Below are positions 27,101 through 40,409 of a DNA stretch of 64,000 nucleotides, piece after piece. Under the pieces are notes generated by a model. That model saw nothing but the letters and a program-made list of their open reading frames with translations. It made no database searches and was not told the origin of the DNA. This DNA is from Vermamoeba vermiformis (taxonomy: Eukaryota), in assembly GCA_045837725.1 (NCBI GenBank), contig JBEWZL010000047.1, forward strand, positions 1-64,000. Direction: 5' to 3'. How positions within the stretch are numbered: position 1 is the first letter of the stretch; each line of letters begins with the position of its first letter. The position numbers and the translations under genes are program-made.

Positions 27101-28073
27101 TTTATGCACCAAGGCTAATGGTCTGAAGAAGTTCAAGTTGGGTTCAAAGTACACTGGGTCACTCGTCAATGTGCCCAGGATGATTTTATTGCATGGAGTT
27201 GTCACATCGAAAACAATAGAGGAAATTACTTTCTTTGATATCGGACAACAAGAGGTGATTCAAGACAATAAGAAGCAGTTTGTTCATGTGCTAGATGACG
27301 AGTTGATGGAGTTCATCGTTACCAATTTGCAGCAAAACCCTTCACTGAAGGTCATTAGCAACCTTCACGTGTTATTCAAAGAAGAACAAATGTCACGAGT
27401 TCTGAGAATTCCAACATTACGAGAGATAGACACATTTTGGACAAAAGACTTGTCGTTCTTAACCGTGACAAGACAGCTCGAAAAAATCAAAGTCACCTTG
27501 ACCGATTGCACTGCCGAGCATGCGGAGTACTTGCGAGAGTTTTTGGCCGATGAAAATTGCACGCTGAAAGAGCTGGATTTATCATGCAGTGAGTTTAATG
27601 CGCACCCTGAAGCTATCACTATTATTGCTCGTGGCTTCTTAAAGAACAAATCACTACAAGCGATCACTTTGGACAGTATCCAAACACACCAAAAAGTTGA
27701 TGATGAATTGTGTGAATTGCTGACACAGTGGATTGAACGAGAAGACTGTACTTTGGTCCAAATTAGCTTTTATGATCGAATTTTTGAACACACTCACGTG
27801 CAAAGAATTCTCACGGCACTGCACTACAACAAAATCATGACCAGCTTTAAGGCGTCAATGAGGATAGCTGCCTTTGGAGAGTGCCAGTATCTCATGGGCC
27901 TTCTTGCCGATAATACGACATTGACTAGTGTAGGAACCTTTTCAATGCCTTGGTCGCGTCAGTCTTTGAACGTCGCTGATGAACAACTGGAGGCTTTGAA
28001 AGCTGCAGTCAAGGCCAGAACTGACTTGAAGTGCACATTTGATTCGGATTTCATTAAGAACCAATACTACTAA
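24165..28073 (+). CDS. Kelch beta-propeller + DUF4419-like domain + RI-type LRR protein, copy A
   Basis: ORFs 24327, 25365 and 25809 join in frame across short GT-AG introns (~25274-25319, ~25735-25793). Kelch: KIYYFGG..IFDTTSGTW. DUF4419: LAWSNHFSVVLSPD, CGIPRIKVLGTKEDW, SGH..VTGWI. LRR: CTLKELDLS, NKSLQAITL. Confidence 0.85.
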
Positions 28074-28279
28074 ATGCAATCAATTACTATTCTTGTTAAA
28101 AAGGTGAGTAGATGTCAATTTAAAGAACCAATCGTTTGTCCCAACAGACCAAGGCTGACATTTTTTAGGTGAAATCTTAGCCATTTGCGATTGCGTAGGA
28201 CTAATGCTCTTTGGATGCGCAGGGATATGACTCACTTTGGCTTAACGCCGCTGTATGAAGAGAACAAGGAGCTACTCGA

Positions 28280-29996
28280 CTATTGATCAAACAGCCTTTG
28301 ATGTTTGATAATAAAGTGAACGATTGTCACTCGTTTGGTTTTATTACGATTCTTGAAGACTACTGCAAATATGACGTGTCAAATTTGATCTCGTATATTT
28401 CATTGCCAGATAGACTGAGGGCTTTGTTGTCATTAATGATGAAAATATCTACTATCAAGTCGTTGATGTAACCAATAATCGTTCGTTTGCTGATCGAAAA
28501 GAAAACTTGACGAGGATTGTGTTTGTGGTAAGTACGCCACGTTATCATGTCTCCATTTAACCAACGAAAAAAGAATGCACGTTCTGGCAAGCTGATCGAG
28601 AGGTAGGGGTCAGGCAAGTGCTCGATTTTGTCTGGCATAGTGTTTGTATCTTCTACGTGGGTAGTCGACAATTCATTGGTCAGTTCACGAACGGTGAATA
28701 CTCCAGATTCTGAGAAAAAAGTTTAGGTTAAAACCGAATACAGTCGTGGTCTTACTTGAAAATGTGCAGTAATATGGTGAGCCTGGGAATACAACAAGAT
28801 TATCCCAAGCTTCAATTTTCACTTCTTTAGGTGGTTGTTGCTGATAGAATTGGCGGTGTACAATTTTCCGCGAATTGACATCGAATATTGCTAGTGCCAT
28901 AATGGGATCCCAAAATATCTTCAAGTAGGACCCATTTTCATTCTCGAATAGCTGCATAATGCCACTGAAACGGTCTGTTGGCTTTTCATTAAGCTGCCCA
29001 TTGTAAAGTTCAATTTTTTTCAGATTGATGCAATCGATCTCGAATATTGAGTAAGTTGCATTCACTAGGTCATGACTAAGGACGTATGCGACAGGTCTTA
29101 ATGACGATGGTACGTAGTCTAAAGGATCTGAAAAATCGAACGTAGCTACGTCGTACGCTGTTGTTATTGATCGGAAATTTAACTTCGCAGAATTATTCTC
29201 TTCGTCTTCCGTCCACAAGATCCAATTATCACCTAGCAAAGTACGTAAGTATTACAAATGAGAGCAGAATTATATTCTACGTACCATATACCATGCGATC
29301 TGTTGGTGGATGGTTACTTAGGCACGTGACATCTCGTTCATGAACCAAAACATCCCCTTCAACGCGGAAATATTTCATGGTACTTTTGTTCGAGGAAAGC
29401 AATCCGATCGTCTGATCTATTAGTATACGGCTTATATTAGACAGTCATAAGAATAATACTATGTAAAGTACTTGCCGGCAAAGTTAAAAACGGGTTAAAA
29501 ACGACTAAACTCGGTAGCCTTGTTGTTATTAACGCTTTTGTTGCGTTGTATACAATCAAATCTTTGGCTAAAAATAAAAATAAATCTTTTCTCCATGGAA
29601 CTTGAAAGCTTCTCAATCGTGTGTTGTGTGGATTCAAATCTGTCATAGCGAAGTAGGAGACTGAATGTCCTTCGTCCACGAGCGAATCTATCACAATAAG
29701 ACGCAGGAATTGTTGGTTCATATCTTCTTTTAATACGTCGGTGTATGACAGTGGGAATGCTGATTGGATGCGTTTAATCCAGGCGAAGCTAAACGGATCA
29801 GACAACCACGAATTGAACGTTTTGCATACTGTCCGCAATATAAATATTCTCTTGATCGACAGAAAAATAGTCACGTTGAGAAACGCGTCTTTGCTGGAGA
29901 ATAAAGCATTTTCAGATCTGCTCGGCAGGAAAAAATTAGAGAAATCTAATTTAGTGGTGGTATTATACTCCTCAATTTTACTTACGTGTGTTCCAT
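28280..29996 (-). CDS. F-box protein with divergent beta-rich C-terminal region (multi-exon; 3' end uncertain)
   Basis: MEHT|SENALFSSKDAFLNVTIFLSIKRIFILRTVCKTFNSW is F-box-like; downstream ORFs are linked by GT-AG introns. Confidence 0.65.
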
Positions 29997-30125
29997 AAAT
30001 CGTGTTGAATCGCTAACTTGTCAGCACCTGAATGGTGCGCTCTGTTGAGGGCGCGTCAGAAAAAAATAAGAAAAAAAATCAAGCCTACATTCTCAATCTA
30101 GATTGTCTAACCAATTATTAATTCA

Positions 30126-31062
30126 ATGGAGACTACAGCAGTTAACGCGTTAACGATTTCGTTAGAGGCACTGCCACGGGAGCTGTTGTCGTATTGTTTT
30201 AGCATGTTATCCTCAGATTATTTCTATGGGGACCTATGGCGCATCGGACTCGTGAGTAAAGTATGTTTAGAGCAGATAAATGATGTCAAGAATCGATTCC
30301 CCCAAAAAATGCGTGGTAAGTCAGAATGGATTTTTTCTTGATCGGATCTCACTTCCATTATTTTTTAATATTATTTTCTTCCTGAAAGTGTATATAAGAT
30401 ATGAAATAACTAAGACTAGTTACATTATTAACTTTGTACGTTAATTATTAATCAATTATTTTTTCAGTCGATCCAAGCGAATTTGAAGCGAGTGTGCTAC
30501 AAATCTTAAGGACTACAATAGCAGTCGATGATATAAAGTGTAAATTGAAAGCACATATGCGGCGTTACAAGTTTCCTGCGCTCACAAAACAATACCAAAA
30601 AGAATGCAACCAGTGTCGAGCTCCAGTGACTTGCTTATTGCAGTGTAGGTGCTATTTATAATTACTAGCGCATTTAAAGCACTTTTTTAATAATACCATA
30701 AGTTTCTTATCGATTGCGTTCAATTTTTTCACGCTTGATTGACTGGGTTACTTTAGTGGAGAACACTTACGAAGAAAAAGGGGATCGATTTGAAATGCGT
30801 ACGTATTAAAAGAGTTGGTGGTCGTTCACTGAATTAAGTTCATGAATCATTTGTAGGCTGGAGACAAGAAGCCATGAACTGGTGTTCCGAGAAACACAGT
30901 TTAGTATTGACTACTTATACTCGGATAAAAGGATACTATATGTGGGAGTATTATGACGATTCGTATAAGAGGCATAAAGTGCTCACCGTCGATGAGGCAA
31001 TCAACGAGATCATTCAACGGCGGACTACGATATTACAGATTCACCCGGAGGGAAAATCCTGA
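30126..31062 (+). CDS. Small F-box protein (multi-exon)
   Basis: LEALPRELLSYCFSML..LWRIGLVSK F-box; a CNQC motif in exon 2. Confidence 0.7.
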
Positions 31063-31976
31063 TAAATTCATGTAGTGATAAATTTAAGTCTTTACTTTTT
31101 TTGGTTTTCACAACCAGTTTCTCGTAATACAAATTTTCAGGAAATAAGATTGTTAGCATTTGTTCAAGCTTATTCTGAAATATTGGTTCGGCATGACTGA
31201 GAGTAACTAGCATACTTTGACTATGTCAGGTCGTTTTAGTGAAGAGCGGTAAATTTGCAAGTTGTATAAAATCAACGAAGGGAATGCTGGTGATTTAATT
31301 CTTTCGGCCAATTCTGAAACAAAATTGTTCTCTTTCTCAAACGTTATGGAGTTGATGTCAAAAGGCTTCGGTATTGCAGGCACTGTTTTTTTAAGGGATT
31401 CCATTACAACGCTCGACCTGGTGCTGCTGTATGGTTCCTATGTGTGATACACTTAAGAAAATGTCGAGTCTAACAATACAATCCGCGGATTTCTCATTTG
31501 CATTTCCAAAAATTCTTCCATTCTTTTAAGCACATTTTGCAAATTTTCTGATTTAAAATTAAGTTAATTGCCCGTGCCAAGATACTAGTCGTACCTGCGA
31601 TGGCTGTATCAACAGTTTGGTTATCTGTTGCACCTTCAACAATAATTTAGCGCTGCTGACAAGGAAACTACAACAAATACGTACGTATACCGAGAGACTT
31701 CTGTACGGCATTCCACAACTTTTTTGTCTTTCCGGTCGGAACTCCGGGAAGAATTGAAATTAGTTCCGATAAACTTGGCACTGGCGGATCAAAAAGGACA
31801 TCGCCGTCGATCTGTTGCTTGATCAGAATTTCGGCGCTCTCTTTAGAGAATTTCAAAACTTTTGTCGCCCACACAGCCACCTGCTTGTGATGCCAATCAG
31901 GCCTTGGTAGGGTGTCTTTAGTTATATTGGCGTGCGCCCATGCCTCAAGTTGCTCCTCAGACCAGTCAAGAGGCAT
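31025..31976 (-). CDS. SAM-like header protein, paralogous to the N-terminus of the 55-57 kb Crinkler-type gene; possibly truncated
   Basis: DWHHKQVAVWA..ILIKQQIDGDVL..GVPTGKTKKL is SAM-like. Short exons follow, ending KRPDIVK; the 3' end overlaps the F-box gene. Confidence 0.55.
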
Positions 31977-32467
31977 ATCTGTCGCAGATTTTAGTTTTGT
32001 ACAAAAAGGACCTTATTTCGGATTTAGCTTTAGTTAATTCGATTTTGGGCATTTGATTATTTAAAATAATATTTCTACGTGAAGGATAGAAGCCAGGATT
32101 TAATTGAAATATGAAAGAAGATTCGGATTCAAATTCTTGGGCAGACAAGTCTAATTTCTCGTCGTAGAAGATGTTGGAGAGATGTGTGACGTACGAAAGT
32201 AATAGAATATTATTATTTGATTTAGTAATTATTGGTAGCCACCAATGGAATTTTGGATCGATAAAATTAATTACCTTGGTCGTTTTGTTCCATTACAAGG
32301 CACTATATATAAGAAAATATGCTTGAAATACTTCTGTGGTATCCAACAACAAAGTGGAGATAGAAACGTTCAAAAAATGGCGCGATTTGATTTAAGCTTT
32401 TGCTTGGACAAATTGTCGCAAATTGCGCAACTTTGTCAAATTTTACTGAAGAAACGTAACAAGCACA

Positions 32468-33883
32468 ATGAATAACAATTCAAGGCCTGCAAATCCTTAT
32501 GACCCGCAGTTACAGCGCGCAATTGCCATGCAAAGGTTCCATGCCTCGCGTGAGATCAAGGTTGTTATTTGGAGCTTGAAAATATAGCTTTAAAACAGAT
32601 CTAGTACCACTGTACATTTATTGTTTTACCTTTTTATTCGACAAAAGGACGCCAATATGGAAGATCTCCTCGAGGAAGTAGAAAAACAGACAAAGATCCC
32701 AGAAGACGAAGACATTGGCGAGAAAATTACTATCGACACTCCCATTTCAAATAATAATATCGGGTATAAATTATTGGTACGTAATAGAATTTTTAGCTAT
32801 TTTTTGAATAGTTTTTTGCGTTTCGTGAAAATTTTCACTACATCTAGCGCAAGGATTTGGACTTTCACGATTCAAATTATACATAGGGACCTCAGGTGAC
32901 GAAGGTGTTAATTTAATACGCCTGAGTTAGCGTCTCGGTTCCCAATATTTTTATTACCTTGGAATTCGGATCTCACAAAAAGACACTGTAATTCCTTACA
33001 TTTTGTTCTGTATTAATATTTCTTGCTGTAATAGATGAAAATGGGCTGGAAAGAAAATACTAGTCTCGGCAAACGATCAGGTATCGTGGAGCCGATCAGA
33101 TACGACTTTAAAGCCGACGCTTGGGGCTTAGGCATGAAAGAAGATATTGATGAGCATACTAATCCTGAGAATATTAAACGGTACGTTATAATGGTCATAT
33201 ATGCATAGTCTATAACGAAAAGGTTTGCGCTTCGTACCGAATCTTCAAAACACGGATTAATTTTTGAATTAGACGTGCTTTAACGGTTGAAATGGACATG
33301 GAAAAACCAGAAAATGTGCAAATTATCCAAAAAAGGCAAGAAGCTATTGAGAAGAAAGAAGAGATTCAGAAGACAGTTCAAGAAATGCTAGATCCGTTCT
33401 ACTGCAAGCTATGTAGCAAAGGTTATAAGCGCATCGATCAATATAACGAACATCTTAGTTCATATGACCATAATCATCGTCAGGTAAGCAAATTACGTAG
33501 GATCCAAATCCGTGATCGATCCCGCTTCTTGCCACGGATCTAACCTTCTTCCCTAGCGATTGCGAGATATGCAAGAAATGACCAATACATACAAGAATAC
33601 GAGCTCTGAAGAGGTCAAGAAGCGAGAAGAAAAGGAGTTACAGAAACTTTTGTCTCGTGCTCAAAAGTTGCAGCAGATGCAGGGTGGAAATTCAACAAAT
33701 TCCGATAATAATAATACAGCGCCTCCTTTACCCGAAGAATTACCGCCACCGTTACCTCCGACACCAGTTAACGCTAGTGGACAGCCTGCGCCAGCAGCGC
33801 AGATGAAATTCAGTTTGAAAGCAGCGCCGAAAAAAGCAGCGCCTAAAATCAACGCATTTAAAGCTTTTAGCGACGATGATTAA
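32468..33883 (+). CDS. G-patch + U1-type C2H2 zinc finger protein (GPATCH8-like)
   Basis: NNIGYKLL|MKMGWKENTSLGK..GIVEPI..GLG; FYCKLCSKGY..QYNEHLSSYDHNHRQ. Confidence 0.9.
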
Positions 33884-34160
33884 GCAAGGACTTTTAACAC
33901 TCAGCAAGCCACGAATTCGAAACAGCGCGCGTCGAAATTTCTATTCGATCTGAAGAGCCAAGCCGATCCTCGAGTTCCCTACACCAACTGGCTTTATTAT
34001 CGATTAACTGTACATAAATAAAGCCGCAGTATGTGGTTCCTAGAACAATTTTGATACTGGCCAGGGGTCGGTACGATTTTTGAGATAAGGTACATATTGG
34101 CAGTTACGATAGCAAGAATTACAAATCTTTTAATTAATACTATATACAATGTTGCTGTAT

Positions 34161-37100
34161 TTAATAATAATCTTCATCATTTTTGGGCGATTTGTTCTCA
34201 TCCGTCGACGTGAAATAACTAACAAATTCAACTAAGTTGTTATTGGCCCTAATTGCCGCTACAAGTGGAGCCTTTTGTTCGGCAGTAAAATTCGTTTGAA
34301 CGCTCAGTAATTTGATGTGCGTTAGGGAAGTGTTTTTGCGAATGAGTTCTGTGAGCAGATCTAGCTCGGGAAGTTCCATCATAACTGCAATCTTTAGCCA
34401 CTTGATCTTATTACTACTCGCTAATGCTGCAAATATATTTCGCAAATTTTCCCCGAAAAAGATTAACCGGTTGCTTTCGTAAATGTCCGAGAGGTCCAAG
34501 TATTCGATATTGCAGCCCGGTTGGCTCAACCAATCAGAAATCGCCTCCATTAGCTCACGCACATTCGAGTCGCCCTTAATGACTGCATGATTAAGATCGA
34601 GCGTTTTGAGCGATGTGTTGTTCCAAAAAGCCTTCGCAAGAGCAGATCCAGCTCCGTACTCCAACTCGGCACGTGGAAGTTCCAACGACTCCAACTTTGA
34701 ATCTTCGCGTGAGATTAAATTTGCTAAGTGTTTCATTTGTTCTGGCGTAATTTGTTTAAGTTCAGCATTCAATTTTTCGAGTTTTGTAGTCACTGCCAAG
34801 AACGACAGATCCGTCAAAGTTATTCGACCGAGATTTCGCAATGAAGGTATACTTAGCATCCTTGACGTTGATAGTGGATCGGTCATATAGCGCCAATGGG
34901 TGATAGTTTGTAACGACGTTTTTTGTGGTAATTTTTGCACGAGAAGTCTGGTCAGATCTCGATCCACCACTTTAACAAACTCCGTACGACCATCATCAGT
35001 AGTGACCCGCTTCATTCCAAGGTCATTTGGGGCTATGGTCTCCAATGTCTTCGATTCTGCAATTCCTCGAAGAATTTCAATTTCGCAATCGGAGGATTCC
35101 GTACCGCGAATAGTTGCAAAGTGTTTCAATCCGTTCTCTTTTCTGCAAAGATGAGAAATTGCTTTAGCCAACTCCAAGTTATCTATTTTGTCGAATATAA
35201 GTGTTTCTAAGGGCACCGTAGTAGTTGTAAGTGCTTTAGCAAGTGGTGTTCGATCCGGATTCCAGTCCTCCAGATCTTTGTTTTGAATATGGATTTTTTG
35301 TAACTGACATTTCGGATGCATTAAAAATATCGCTAGTTTTTCATAAGCATCGGTATAATCTCCAGTAATAATCAACTCTTCAATTCTGCTCGGATCTTCC
35401 ATTTTGGTCAAAAATTCAATTATTCTGCCTTCAATCAATCCTAATCTGCCGCCCAAATTAATACTCTTAATCTCGTTATTGAAATTCAAATATTCTTCGA
35501 TTTTTTGCGCTAACGCATTCAACGCTATTCTATTCTCGTCTCTAATCTCGCTGTAAAATTTCAACGCTAGTCCACTGGCACCAGTTGATAAATCGAGGCT
35601 AGTCATGCCCACGCCTTCTTGCGTATACTTTTTCATCCACGTGTCAATTTGACGGGTGACAAGCTGGAACCGAAAATCAACTTTTTTCGGCCCCTCTGAA
35701 ACTACTTCGATTGGATCGTCTTTCAAAACCTCGTAGAGCTCGTTCATTAATTTTCTGTCTTCTCCTTGCAAAGTTTCATCAATGTACTTCTTGAACTGTT
35801 CAGGTGTCATCTTGCCACTGCCATCAGTCTCAACGATCACGTGACTGAACTGAGGTTCGAGCCACGGATACTTGACGTCATCGTCGCTGTCACCACGCAC
35901 AACATTGCTGTACAACAGTCCGCTCTTGAGTTCAAAGTGTCGTTGAGTCTCGGCATTGTGCCACTTGACCGTTGAAATGTGTGACTTGTAGTTGTAAAAA
36001 TCATTGCCTCCGTACTTCAGCACACCGTGTTCTTTGTACGCACATCCTTCGCGATAAAACATGACGATCCAGCCTTCGACGACATCAGTGTGACCTGACA
36101 TGCATCTATTGATCGAGAACATGTCTTTCCAGAACATCGGATCACGTGTCGTGTGGATCTTGTGCACTTGTGTTTCAGCGCGCTGAAGATAAGCGCTCAT
36201 CTTTTGTGCAGTGGTCGTGTCTTGATTGAACACTTCAGTGCGCATGCGATGAATCTTGTGTTCGAGTGTCTGCCAGTCTTGTTTCGTGCCCAACACTTTC
36301 ACTCGGGGAATGCCACACAGCGTTGAAATGTAATAGAAGTACGCTGACATGGCCTCGCAGAACGCTGCTTGAATGGCCAAACGAGATTCCACTGTGCTGC
36401 TTGAAAAGTTTGCTGTGAAGATACTCGCGTCGATGGGCATATTCTGAGCAATGCCTAAACAATACACGTGTTACAATAAGATCGAATAGTCTTGTAATCG
36501 TATTAGATTGCCGTCTAGTATTGTAATGTAAAGTAAAGTCTATAACTGTATAAGCAAATAACGCACGTGTTACAATTCAAGTAATTCGAATTGATCTCGC
36601 AATCATAAAATAGTGCTGTCTAGCCTTACCTTCAATGACTTGATTAAGATCTATTTTGGTAACGTCGGTTGTAATAGTCATAATTGGCTTCTTTTCTGTT
36701 GAATTAGTGAACAGATGTCGGAACACCTCCGGATCGGACAAAATCTCGTCTGCAATCTCGCAAAGTACCGTATAGAAGATCATATCTGGCGAGATGACCA
36801 CTGAAAAGTGGTTGGACCAAGCGAGCATGAGATAATGCATGAGATTTTGGTGCAAATACGTGGTGTTTGAAGGTTCGGGCACTGCGTTCTCGATGATTTT
36901 TGTTTGTTCGTCAAACTTCGGGAACAACTTCGCAAAAGTAGTTGTCATTTGATAATGAATTTTCACATCATTCAAGTTGACGGGGTCTAAGCCAGCGTCA
37001 ATCGTGATTGGATCCGCTTTGAATTCTTGCGGAACCACAATTGGGCGCTAAAGCCAATTAGTCAATAGTCATATAGTAAGTACTTTGATACTTACTTTAA

Positions 37101-38127
37101 TATAATCTAACGCTGTTTTCGCTACTTCAGCTAATCTTTGATCAATTTGGCTTTGTTCTTCGGGACTCGGAGTTTTAATGTCCAAGACTCCCATTTGACC
37201 GTTTGCCAGCCAACAGTAAATCCTATCACCAATCACCCTTGCACTCGTAATAATCGTATCTTTGTCACATGAGAGCTTGTGTGAGTGCCAGGTCATCTTT
37301 TCGAGATCCAAGATCCGAAGCTTATTTCTTTCGTTGGGGCTAATAGGCACGAATATCATTTGTGCACCTACTTTTCCAGCATAATTATATAAGTCTATAT
37401 TGATTCTATCTTCATTAGCCGATTCTTTTGCACGCGCCCATTTGTCCTCTTTCAAGTCATAGTACAACACTTCACCAAATTCGCTCGCAAGTTTTGTATC
37501 ATAGTATGGATAGGGGGCATAGAGTAGTATAATATTGTCGGATAGTGAGGCCAAAAAAGTCTTTGTACTGCGCTCTTGTGGGTGCTGACCAATCCCTTCT
37601 TCCGCGCTCGTTGAAATTTCATTCGTTGATGTGTTGAACCGATACACTTTCTTTTCGAGTGACGAACTAAAGTTATCATAGTAATATATTGTATCGCCAA
37701 CAATACCAAATGCATGAATATGGTACAGCTTGCTATGAGTTTTAACCTGGATTTGGCGCCATTGTTTTTGAACGGTGTCGAAACAAGACCATTTATCGTC
37801 TGATAGGACCCAAATATTAGTGCCTATCACTGCGCCTTGAATATACTCCGAGTTGTAAGCAAATGGTGGCGTCGTTTGAATGGAGGACCAAGTACTAGAT
37901 TTGGTATCAAAGACTGAAATTACGGCAGAAGCTGTTTCTTTGGTATTTTCTGATATTCCACCAAGGTAATATATATTTTCGCCGATGGTAACGGCAAGAC
38001 ACCTCTTTCGTGGCGATGGCGCAGATCCGTTGGTTTGGATCAGTCGTAAATTAAACTGTAAAATTTTTTAGATTAGTCTCCTAGGTATTTTATATCATTT
38101 GTAAGTACCAACGTAAATAATTAACAT
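34161..38127 (-). CDS. Kelch + DUF4419-like + LRR protein, copy B (start uncertain)
   Basis: Exon from ~38056: APSPRKRCLAVTIGENIYYLGG..VFDTKSSTW. Same intron positions as copy A. LAWSNHFSVVISPD, CGIPRVKVLGTKQDW; LRRs NTSLKTLDL, NIEYLDLS. Confidence 0.85.
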
Positions 38128-38403
38128 TTTTACAATTTTTCTGAGCGAAATTGAATTTAAAGACTAAATCCACGTGCGCGACTACGCGTGGCTTTTTAGT
38201 AATAAAGATATATTAATTGCTTACTAAATCGATTAACTTACTGAAGAAATATTTTCCATTTAATGCATGCAACGCTTGTACACAAATCAGAAAAAAATGA
38301 AAAAACGCTTTTGTGCTGTTGTTCAGGACTTTTTATTTTGCTGTTTATACGTAAAAGCAATAGTAACGCTAACTAGACGAATTGCCGTAAATGATTTAAC
38401 GCA

Positions 38404-40409
38404 ATGTTGTGGACGTTTGTCGGATTCAATTTGATCTTGGGAGCGTTACTCGTTCACTTTCTGAAAAAGGTGATCGATACGGTCACTAAAAATTATTATG
38501 TTTATCCTAGCGAAGCAGTGATTGACCAAACTCTCCCAGCAGTAAGTTTTCCGGGAATATTTGAATTAACTTTTATTTTTGCAATAAAATTAATCATTAA
38601 CGAATGATTACCGGTTTGTAACTAATATTGCTTGATTTAAATTCATTATTTTAGGAAATTATGGAGCACATGATGACTTTTTTGGATCCGGCTGCGTTAA
38701 TCAAATGTCGCTTGGTCAGCAAGTATTGGCGGCATCACGCGACTAAATCTCAAGTAGAAAATTCAATATTAGATGCATATGATCGACAGTGAGTATATTA
38801 TTTTTAGTATCATCGCTTGCTGAATTTTGGCGCAGAATGAAATTAACTAAACTGCCTTATGCTGGCACGAAAAATTTAAGTTACGAGCCCATATGGCTAG
38901 ACGAGGTAAGGTAATATTAATATTTACTATTATACTCCTCAAACTAACTTAATGTTTATAAAGCCAAACTATCCTCAGCGATTTTTGTTACGCGATCGGG
39001 CCTTAGCAACGAAGCACGGCAAACAATTACTGGAAATTTCTCCGAGTTGGTTAAATATTGTACTACAAGCTTTTAATACTGATAACTCTCTTGGCGACAA
39101 TAAGACCGTTGATATGGATAAGTAAGACTTATAATTTTTCTTAAAAAGGAAACTAAAGAATAATTTTCCTTATTTAGGTTCATTATTAAGACATTTGCCA
39201 GTAAAGGCAATCTTAATGAACCTCCCGATAGAATCAGCATTAATGTGGGGCAGAGGCAAGATATTCGATTTGCCGAACACACGGTGCCATATTTAGATTG
39301 GAAGTCGTTGGATTATTACGCCTATCTTGACTGCATGTTTGATTTGGCGGATTGTTTTGATCAAACCAAACGCGATTTGGTACGGCAGAGGGTGTACAGC
39401 GTGCGCGATGCCAATCCCAAAAAATATTTCTGTAAGTACTCGAGGTTTCGGCCATCAATTAGATCAAATGTCCTTTATAATTTAGCGGTAAATTTTGGGT
39501 CTAACGTCTTACGTGGTTAGCCGAAAAGCTTTAATTAGTAATTTAAAAGCGGATCCTCGATAGGCGAAAGTTTGTTCCTTAATTAGAATTTTGAAATATA
39601 ATGCCACGGCCGGACAATTCTATACTATTATATTAAGATCTATTCTTCATACTTGTTTGAAAGCCCTTAGCACAGTTTTAAATATTTTTCACGAGTCAGT
39701 GCGTACTAATGTGAACGATTTAGGGTTCGTGCCGCTCAACTCGGATATCTTAAAGGTGCTTGCATTCATTTTCGTGCCACTGATCGTGCATGATGTGTTA
39801 TATTCGGAGTTCTTAGCGACAGTCAAGATCTGGTTCGGACCAATAATGTTTCTCTTGAACTTAGTTGCGAATGTCATGATGGTCTTAGAGTTCACGGGAT
39901 GGCGAGCTATGGAGCCTATATACAAAAAAGCAGCGGCGATATTTTGGACTGGCTTTGTGGTCTTGTCGCTCTTGGCCTACCCCTACAGTTTGACGTACTA
40001 CGCAGTGGTTGGCATGGTAGCCCTCACAGTTATCTACACGGTGTTGATGTTCGAGTACACTTTCCATTGGAACGCGAAACTCACTTGGAGACGAGCGGCG
40101 CCAGCACTTATTGCCCTCGCGTTAGTGGTCACTTTGAACGATTGGAAGCTTACTGTGGACAGCATTAGAACTGGCGCTATTCTGTTCAGATGGTTCGACA
40201 ACTCGGTCTGCTATGCGTTGATGTGCATTAACATGATTGCGTTGAACTGTATCACGCACATCACCCCGTCAAAGGGATGGGAATGGAAGTACCTCATAGA
40301 GTGGAATCAACAAGTGGCGCATGATAATGAAGGCGTACTTTATTATCGTATTTTTAACATTGTATGCACCTACGTGGAAAGGAAATCACCTATAGCGAAT
40401 TGGTGGTAA
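38404..40409 (+). CDS. Membrane protein with N-terminal TM helix, F-box and multi-pass C-terminal region
   Basis: Spliced TLPA|EIMEHMMTFLDPAALIKCRLVSKYWR is an F-box; the last exon has about six hydrophobic segments. Linkage of the middle exons is inferred. Confidence 0.65.
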
